In this document: piece after piece, positions 26,306-32,000 of the stretch
How the letters are laid out: the number at the start of each line of letters is the position of its first letter
How positions within the stretch are numbered: position 1 is the stretch's first letter
Source of the DNA: an uncultured Clostridiaceae bacterium
GTDB taxonomy: Bacteria; Bacillota; Clostridia; TANB77; CAG-465
DNA: 32,000 nt
Reading direction: 5' to 3'
Assembly (NCBI GenBank): GCA_947169155.1
Contig: CAMVON010000004.1
Location: 81,012 to 113,011 of the forward strand
The notes under the pieces: generated by a model
Seen by the model: only the letters and a program-made list of their open reading frames with translations
Databases searched by the model: none
What the model was told of the DNA's origin: nothing
Translations under genes and position numbers: made by a program

Positions 26306-26488
26306 ATGAGTAAAAAAAGCATTCACGATAAAATTAAAGTAGATATGGTTGAAGGACTTATTACTGAAAAAGGTGAATTTATTCCAGAAAAAGGAATAAG
26401 TGTAAAAAATAAAGAGGTAAGAAATCTTTCTCCAGAACAAATCAAGAAGGCCAAAGAAAGAGGAGAATACGACGAAAGAGAAAGATAA
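26306..26488 (+). CDS. hypothetical small charged protein (60 aa)
   Basis: Strong SD TAGGAGG 7 nt before the ATG, 11-nt gap upstream and 20-nt gap downstream within a same-strand operon. No family recognised. Confidence 0.55.
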   Translation: MSKKSIHDKIKVDMVEGLITEKGEFIPEKGISVKNKEVRNLSPEQIKKAKERGEYDERER

Positions 26489-26508
26489 TATAAAAAGGAG
26501 TATATGAA

Positions 26509-28617
26509 ATGAGAGATTTTTTCGAAGATTTAAAACAAAAAGCTCCATTACTATTAATTGTATCGCTTATATTATCTATCGTTCTAGGTGGAGCAATATG
26601 TAAATCTGTTGCCGATGCAAAAGCAGCAGGTGATACAAAACTTCTTGCTGCTGTTATAACTAATTCTTTTGGAAACATTACTAATTTTTCATTTTTCTCA
26701 GGTATTTTTGCAGAGTTTGTATTATTCCTAAAAATAACAGGAGTAATAATTGTTATAGCATTTGCAATGTATGCATATGCTAAGTACAAAGCCAGTCAAA
26801 AAGGTGAATATGAAGGAAAAGAAAATGGTTCCAGCCAATGGGGAAAAGGAGCTGAAGATTATAAACATGCATCTGATGGTAAAGAAATTTTAAACAGAAA
26901 AGAAGGATTTATCCTAAGTAAAACACATTATTTAGGAACAGACTTAAGAAAAGTTGGTATCAACAAAAACATACTTGTTGTCGGTGGATCTGGTTCTGGT
27001 AAAACAGCATGTTATATCAAACCTAATATAATGCAATGTTTAGGATCATATATTATAACTGACCCTAAAGGAGAATTATATAAAGAAACATCACAATTTT
27101 TAAAATCTGAAGGATATGATGTTAAAGCATTTAACCTTGTAAATCCAACATATAGTGATTTCTATAACCCAATATACAATATTTGTTCAGACCAAGACGT
27201 AGATACATTAGCTCACATCTTAGTAACAGGAGCAAATAAAGAAGGTGGCGGCGGAGATGACCCATTCTGGGATAACACTGCAAAAATGTTAATTTCTGCT
27301 ACTATCTACTATGTTTTATCTGTTCTACCATTAGAGCAACAAAACATAGGAAGCTGTCTAAATATCATTCGTCAAGGTGGTGCAGATAGCTCAATATTTG
27401 AAAAATTATTTATAGATGATTTAATGCCAGAACATCCTGGTAGAATTCAATATGAATCATTTAAAACTGCTGCAGACAAAACAATGCAATCAATAGTAAT
27501 TTCATCTATTTCTAAAATGCGTGTTTTTGATATGCCAGCAATTCAAAGAATTACATCATCTAATAGTATTAACTTTAGAGATGTCGCAAAAAAGAAAACA
27601 GTTATATATGTTATTACATCAGCTGCTGAAAGTACATATGATTTCGTATCAACAATGTTCTTTAGCCAAATGTTCTCAATACTATATAAACAAGCAGATG
27701 ATTATGGCTCAAGATTACCAAATCAAGTATATTTCTTACTAGATGAGTTTGCAAATATTGGTCAAATACCAGACTTCCAAAAGAAGTTATCTACAACTCG
27801 TAGTTTAGGTATTTCTATCTCAATTATTGTACAATCACTAGACCAATTAGAAGCATTATATAAAGACTCATATGAAAATATTCTTGGTAACTGTGATACT
27901 CAATTATTACTTGGTACTAACTCACAAAAAACAGCTGAGTACTTTTCAAAATCTTTAGGACAAACAACAATTAAGATTGAACAAAAATCTATAAATAAAG
28001 ATAAAGATGAAAACAAAAAACAAGGTGTATCTATTAGTACACAAAGACAAGCAAGAGATCTTATGACTGTTGATGAAATTAGACGTATGGATAATAACAA
28101 AGAAATTCTTATGGTTAGAGGTCTAAAACCAATTATGGCAGAAAAAGCTTGGTACTTTAAAGTTCATCCAAAAAGAGATATTATTGAATCTATGAAACTT
28201 GGAAGTATTAAAGACATGCCAATACCAGAAGAACTTCCATATTCATATTTTGATGTTCAAAAATATTTACAAGACAGAAAAAGACGTGCTCAAGAAATTC
28301 TTAAAAACAGATCAAAAGATGTTCAAGTGGATACAGGATTCTCATCTGCAACTCAAGATAAAAGCAGACCATATGGTAGCGTAGATAAAAATAGAGAAGC
28401 AGAAATTGATACAAGACCACTTGCAAATGGAATGGATTCAAATTCATATAATGATTTATATGAAAACAATGACTATAATCCAATTACTGATGCTCAAACA
28501 AGCGAAAGCAAAGCACCAAATGAAATAACTCAAGAAGATTATGATTTACAATCTGAACTTGAATCTAAATTTGATAAACTATTCGGTTCAAGCAGCTCTG
28601 CTGTTAATGACGATTAA
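26509..28617 (+). CDS. type IV secretion coupling protein, VirD4/TraG family ATPase
   Basis: 702 aa. Two N-terminal TM helices, Walker A GGSGSGKT (159-166) followed by YIKPNIMQ...ITDPKGELY, then LLDEFANIG and RSLGISISIIVQSLDQLEALY, all hallmarks of TraG/VirD4. Acidic, low-complexity C-terminal tail. AAGGAG SD 8 nt upstream. Confidence 0.9.
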   Translation: MRDFFEDLKQKAPLLLIVSLILSIVLGGAICKSVADAKAAGDTKLLAAVITNSFGNITNFSFFSGIFAEFVLFLKITGVIIVIAFAMYAYAKYKASQKGEYEGKENGSSQWGKGAEDYKHASDGKEILNRKEGFILSKTHYLGTDLRKVGINKNILVVGGSGSGKTACYIKPNIMQCLGSYIITDPKGELYKETSQFLKSEGYDVKAFNLVNPTYSDFYNPIYNICSDQDVDTLAHILVTGANKEGGGGDDPFWDNTAKMLISATIYYVLSVLPLEQQNIGSCLNIIRQGGADSSIFEKLFIDDLMPEHPGRIQYESFKTAADKTMQSIVISSISKMRVFDMPAIQRITSSNSINFRDVAKKKTVIYVITSAAESTYDFVSTMFFSQMFSILYKQADDYGSRLPNQVYFLLDEFANIGQIPDFQKKLSTTRSLGISISIIVQSLDQLEALYKDSYENILGNCDTQLLLGTNSQKTAEYFSKSLGQTTIKIEQKSINKDKDENKKQGVSISTQRQARDLMTVDEIRRMDNNKEILMVRGLKPIMAEKAWYFKVHPKRDIIESMKLGSIKDMPIPEELPYSYFDVQKYLQDRKRRAQEILKNRSKDVQVDTGFSSATQDKSRPYGSVDKNREAEIDTRPLANGMDSNSYNDLYENNDYNPITDAQTSESKAPNEITQEDYDLQSELESKFDKLFGSSSSAVNDD

Positions 28618-28626
28618 TAAACAAAA

Positions 28627-28652
28627 AAGGCTCTCAAAAAGAGTCTTTTTTT
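28627..28652 (+). terminator. rho-independent terminator of the T4CP operon
   Basis: Stem AGGCTCT / AGAGTCT (one G-U) with loop CAAAA, followed by T7. Confidence 0.7.
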
Positions 28653-28728
28653 ATGTCCATTTTAACCAGTTTTTTACTTGAAAAACATTATTATATATAG
28701 TATAATCTAGATATATGTGGAGGGGTAT

Positions 28729-29421
28729 ATGAACAAGGAAAAAGGATTAATTGCTATAATAGTAATTATAGTATCTATTGTATTAACAACTTTTATTGCA
28801 ATGTGGCTTTTAGATACTACCGGAAAAGTTAATCAAGGAAACTTTAGAGTAAGTGATATTATTATTCAATCTGGTGCAAACGTAACTGAAGTACAAGATA
28901 ATAGTGTTAAAATAGAAAAATTATCTGGTCTCTTTTTTGATGTTTCACAAACTAATGAAATAACCATTTTTATAGAAGCAAATACAAAAATTGCATCTAT
29001 GATGCTAGATAATATCAAAATATCTGATCCAGTTTTAAAAGGACAAATGAGCCTTGCTCAAAAAGATTACGAAAAATATGAAATTACTCAAGATTTAAAA
29101 TCATTACCATTATACTTAGAAGAAAAAGATGGTCAATACAAGATTTGTCTTGTTATTAACAATGACAAAGTAATTACAGATAAAAACGTAAGTGATGATA
29201 AAGAAAGCATTCCTTACTCAGGAGAAATATTTAAATTATGGGATATACCTGCAAGTGATTTAGCTTTTGATATTTCTTTTGATCTATACATTACAGACGA
29301 AACAGGAACAAAAGTTAAAACAGAAATTAAACTAAAGATGCCTGCAGAAGAGATGTTAGAGTCAGGAATGTCTATTCTAAAACAAGACACAAGTAAATAT
29401 TTATTTACTATACAAAAATAA
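28729..29421 (+). CDS. bitopic membrane protein (N-terminal TM anchor plus ~200-aa extracytoplasmic domain), unknown function
   Basis: ATG at 28729 (MNKEKGLIAIIVIIVSIVLTTFIAMWLL...) follows GGAGGGG; the track start 28717 is the GTG within that SD. No family recognised. Confidence 0.65.
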   Translation: MNKEKGLIAIIVIIVSIVLTTFIAMWLLDTTGKVNQGNFRVSDIIIQSGANVTEVQDNSVKIEKLSGLFFDVSQTNEITIFIEANTKIASMMLDNIKISDPVLKGQMSLAQKDYEKYEITQDLKSLPLYLEEKDGQYKICLVINNDKVITDKNVSDDKESIPYSGEIFKLWDIPASDLAFDISFDLYITDETGTKVKTEIKLKMPAEEMLESGMSILKQDTSKYLFTIQK

Positions 29422-29432
29422 TATAATTGGTA

Positions 29433-29461
29433 TTGAAAATCTAAAGAATATATTGTATAAT
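29433..29461 (+). promoter_or_regulatory. sigma-70 promoter of the SRP RNA gene
   Basis: TTGAAA (29433-29438), 17-nt spacer, TATAAT (29456-29461). Confidence 0.65.
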
Positions 29462-29469
29462 ATCACTAT

Positions 29470-29546
29470 GCCAAGCGATAGAGTACTGTGAACCTTGTCA
29501 GGTCCGGAAGGAAGCAGCAATAAGCAATATACTCTATGTGCCTGGC
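29470..29546 (+). ncRNA. ffs: signal recognition particle RNA, minimal 4.5S-like hairpin (~77 nt)
   Basis: Conserved domain IV sequence GTCAGGTCCGGAAGGAAGCAGC. Terminal helix GCCAAGCGATAGAGTA / TACTCTATGTGCCTGGC, followed by T7. Located immediately upstream of dnaX, the classic ffs-dnaX-ybaB-recR order. Ends are approximate. Confidence 0.85.
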
Positions 29547-29568
29547 TTTTTTTGTTATAGGAGGGAAT

Positions 29569-31107
29569 ATGGGATATATAGCACTATACAGAAAATATAG
29601 ACCAACTACATTTAGTAGTATTATCGGTCAAGAAAATGTAACAAAAATACTTAGAAATCAAATAAAAAATAATAAAATTTCTCATGCATATTTGTTTAGT
29701 GGTACACGTGGAACAGGTAAAACAAGTGCTGCAAAAGTATTTGCAAGAGCAATAAATTGTTTGAACCCACAAGATGGTGAACCATGTAATGAATGTGAAG
29801 TATGTAAAGGAATTTTAAACGGAACTATAACAGATGTAATTGAGATGGATGCTGCCTCAAACAATAGTGTTGAAAACATTCGTCAAATACGTCAAGAAGT
29901 TGTATATGCAACTGTAGATGTAAAATACAGAGTATATATTATAGATGAGGTTCACATGTTAACAACAAGTGCATTTAATGCATTACTTAAAACACTAGAA
30001 GAGCCACCAGAAAATGTTGTATTTATTCTAGCTACTACAGAACAACATAAGATTCCTGTAACAATTCTTTCTCGTTGTCTTAAGTTCGATTTCAACAGAC
30101 TAAGCGAGGAAGATTTATATAATAGAGTAAAATATGTTTTAGACTCAGAGGGCGTAAAATATGAGGATGAAGCATGTAGATATATTGCCACTCTTGCAGA
30201 CGGTGCTGCACGTGATGCACTAAGTATACTAGATAGATGTATATCTGAATCAGACGATATTTTAAAATATGCAGATGTACAAAATATAGTTGGTGCAATA
30301 GATAAAAATATAATAGATAAAGTTGTAGAAGATATATTAAACTACAACTCATTAGACGCAATTGCACAAGTAGATGAAGTAATCAAAAAAGGAAAAGACT
30401 TAAGACAATTTACTTTTGAAATAACAAATGAATTTTTAAATAGACTTGTAAATGCAAAAGAGGGTACAGATAGACTTGTAGGGATAATAGACAGATTATC
30501 TAGTTTAGATAATGATTTAAAATCTACAACAAGAAAAGAAATAGTTTTAAAAGCTTGCATTGTCCAACTTTGTAATTTAAAACAACCAGCCCAAATAGAA
30601 GGTAGCACTCAAGGAGTTGTTCAACCAATGAATGACATTTATACTAAAAAGATTGAACAACTAGAAAAAGAAGTAATAGAATTAAAAGATAAAATAGCTA
30701 AGGGAGTACAAGTTCAGTCAGCTCCTGCTCAGACAGTTGAAGCTCCAAAAGTAAATATTGTAAAAGAAACAAGAGAAAAAGTAGACACGCAAGGACTAAC
30801 TGAGTTTCCAAGTACTGAAGAACTAAAAAAAGAAATGATAGAAAGAGGCAAAGTTAAAGTTTACTCTGCATTAGTTAAAGCAAAAGTATATGTAGATGAT
30901 GTTGTAAGAATTATTACTACAAACTCATTTGGATATAAAATACTAACTCAAGAAGATACTGCAGAAACAATTTCTCAAGTACTTTTTGAAAAGTACAAAA
31001 TAAATAAAAACATAGTATTAGAATTAGTAACAGAAAACGGAGAATCTATATCTAAGATAGAAAAAATATTTAAAGACAATAATATAGAATATACTCCAAT
31101 AGATTAA
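29569..31107 (+). CDS. dnaX: DNA polymerase III subunit gamma/tau
   Basis: ATG at 29569 (MGYIALYRKYRP) follows AGGAGGGA; the track start 29536 lies inside the SRP RNA. Motifs HAYLFSGTRGTGKT, zinc module CNECEVC, IIDEVHMLT, SRC (ILSRC). Confidence 0.95.
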   Translation: MGYIALYRKYRPTTFSSIIGQENVTKILRNQIKNNKISHAYLFSGTRGTGKTSAAKVFARAINCLNPQDGEPCNECEVCKGILNGTITDVIEMDAASNNSVENIRQIRQEVVYATVDVKYRVYIIDEVHMLTTSAFNALLKTLEEPPENVVFILATTEQHKIPVTILSRCLKFDFNRLSEEDLYNRVKYVLDSEGVKYEDEACRYIATLADGAARDALSILDRCISESDDILKYADVQNIVGAIDKNIIDKVVEDILNYNSLDAIAQVDEVIKKGKDLRQFTFEITNEFLNRLVNAKEGTDRLVGIIDRLSSLDNDLKSTTRKEIVLKACIVQLCNLKQPAQIEGSTQGVVQPMNDIYTKKIEQLEKEVIELKDKIAKGVQVQSAPAQTVEAPKVNIVKETREKVDTQGLTEFPSTEELKKEMIERGKVKVYSALVKAKVYVDDVVRIITTNSFGYKILTQEDTAETISQVLFEKYKINKNIVLELVTENGESISKIEKIFKDNNIEYTPID

Positions 31108-31163
31108 CTTGAAAAATAGAAATATATATAATATAATTAGTTTTGTTGAAAGGATGATTAAAT

Positions 31164-31499
31164 ATGGGAAATAAATACGGTGGATTTCCAGGCGGAGGCT
31201 TTGGAAATATGCAAAATATACTAAAACAAGCACAAAAAATGCAAGCAGATATGGAGAAAAAACAAGCAGAACTTGCAAACAAAGAAATTGAAACATCTGC
31301 AGGTGGCGGAGCTGTAGTAGTTAAAGCTACAGGAGATAAAGTAATAAAAGAAATAATAATTCAAAAAGATGTAGTAGATCCAGAAGATGTAGAAATGTTA
31401 CAAGACTTAATTTTAACTGCTGTAAATGAAGCTCTAAAACAAGCAGATTCTATGGCACAACAAGAAATGGGACAATTTAGCATGCCAGGTCTTTTCTAG
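31164..31499 (+). CDS. ybaB: YbaB/EbfC family nucleoid-associated protein
   Basis: 111 aa. [23 protein letters not shown]...[12 protein letters not shown]...[16 protein letters not shown] is typical of YbaB. Sits between dnaX and recR. Confidence 0.93.
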   Translation: MGNKYGGFPGGGFGNMQNILKQAQKMQADMEKKQAELANKEIETSAGGGAVVVKATGDKVIKEIIIQKDVVDPEDVEMLQDLILTAVNEALKQADSMAQQEMGQFSMPGLF

Positions 31500-31509
31500 G
31501 AGATAAATA

Positions 31510-32000
31510 TGTATTCAGATACAGTTAATAAACTAATTAACCAATTTGAAAAACTACCTGGAATTGGTCATAAGAGTGCTGTAAGACTTGCTTTTTATAT
31601 ATTAGAAGCAAACAAAGAAGTAGCAGAGGAAATGGCTAAAACATTGGTTGAAGCTAAAGAAAATGTTAAATTCTGTTCTATATGTTATAACTTAACAGAA
31701 AAAGATCCTTGCTCAATTTGCTCAGATAATAAAAGAGATGAGTCAACAATATGCGTTGTTGAAAACGTAAAAGATGTAGTTGCAATGGAAAAAACACATG
31801 AATACAGAGGAAAATATCATGTACTTCATGGTTCAATTTCTCCAATGAACAACATCTCAGCAGGAGATATAAAAATTAAGGAACTATTACAAAGATTAAG
31901 CGATGATAAGATAAAAGAAGTAATACTTGCTACAAACCCAACAGTTGAAGGTGAAGCAACAGCAATGTATATTTCAAGACTAATTAAACCACTTGGAATA
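31510..32000 (+). CDS. recR: recombination protein RecR (partial, runs off window end)
   Basis: My translation MYSDTVNKLINQFEKLPGIGHKSAVRLAFYILE...CSICYNLTEKDPCSICSD...Toprim-like ILATNPTVEGEATAMYI. TAGGAG SD. No stop before the window end. Confidence 0.93.

Noticed and set aside
30645-30651. T-AAA-AAG in dnaX, resembling the E. coli A-AAA-AAG frameshift site
   Set aside because: There are only five A residues, and the first position is T, so the P-site tRNA could not re-pair after a -1 slip. It is not a canonical slippery heptamer.
29584-31296. Several minus-strand ORFs opposite dnaX and the dnaX-ybaB spacer
   Set aside because: These are shadow ORFs with no SD, and they overlap a confident CDS.
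1-32000. CRISPR arrays, IS elements, rRNA genes
   Set aside because: I saw no regularly spaced direct repeats, no transposase- or integrase-like ORFs and no rRNA-like sequence on either strand.

Overview
Low-GC (about 30% by eye) bacterial chromosomal segment with Firmicutes/Bacillota-style gene order. It has yabE-like/ksgA linkage, a DnaD plus DnaC/DnaI-type helicase loader, and ffs-dnaX-ybaB-recR, but a type-A-looking RNase P RNA as in Clostridia. Most of the window is housekeeping: mutL-miaA, dut, htpX-lemA, rsmA, tdk, a tRNA-Lys/Glu/Thr operon, gyrA, rnpB, SRP RNA, dnaX, ybaB and recR. Three things are not ordinary. (1) A roughly 4-kb accessory islet lies between tdk and the tRNA operon. 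It carries a self-contained two-gene cassette of paralogous ~320-aa metallophosphoesterases, one with a complete active site and one with four catalytic ligands replaced. Next to it are a membrane-tethered XRE/zinc-ribbon regulator and an auto-inhibited class-II-type Fic protein. I cannot assign this cassette to any named system, and it is my best candidate for something undescribed. (2) Directly on the other side of the tRNA operon sits a very AT-rich trio of small membrane proteins. Their architecture and order match VirB2/TrbC-like, VirB6/PrgH-like and VirB3/PrgI-like type IV secretion parts, but no VirB4 follows. (3) Nine kb further on, between rnpB and ffs-dnaX, an unmistakable VirD4/TraG-type coupling ATPase sits in a four-gene operon with a CofE-like protein and two unknown small proteins, followed by a bitopic membrane protein. 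No relaxase, VirB4 or integrase is visible in the window. No CRISPR array, IS element or integrase was seen. All family assignments come from motif recognition by eye, and no database search was possible.
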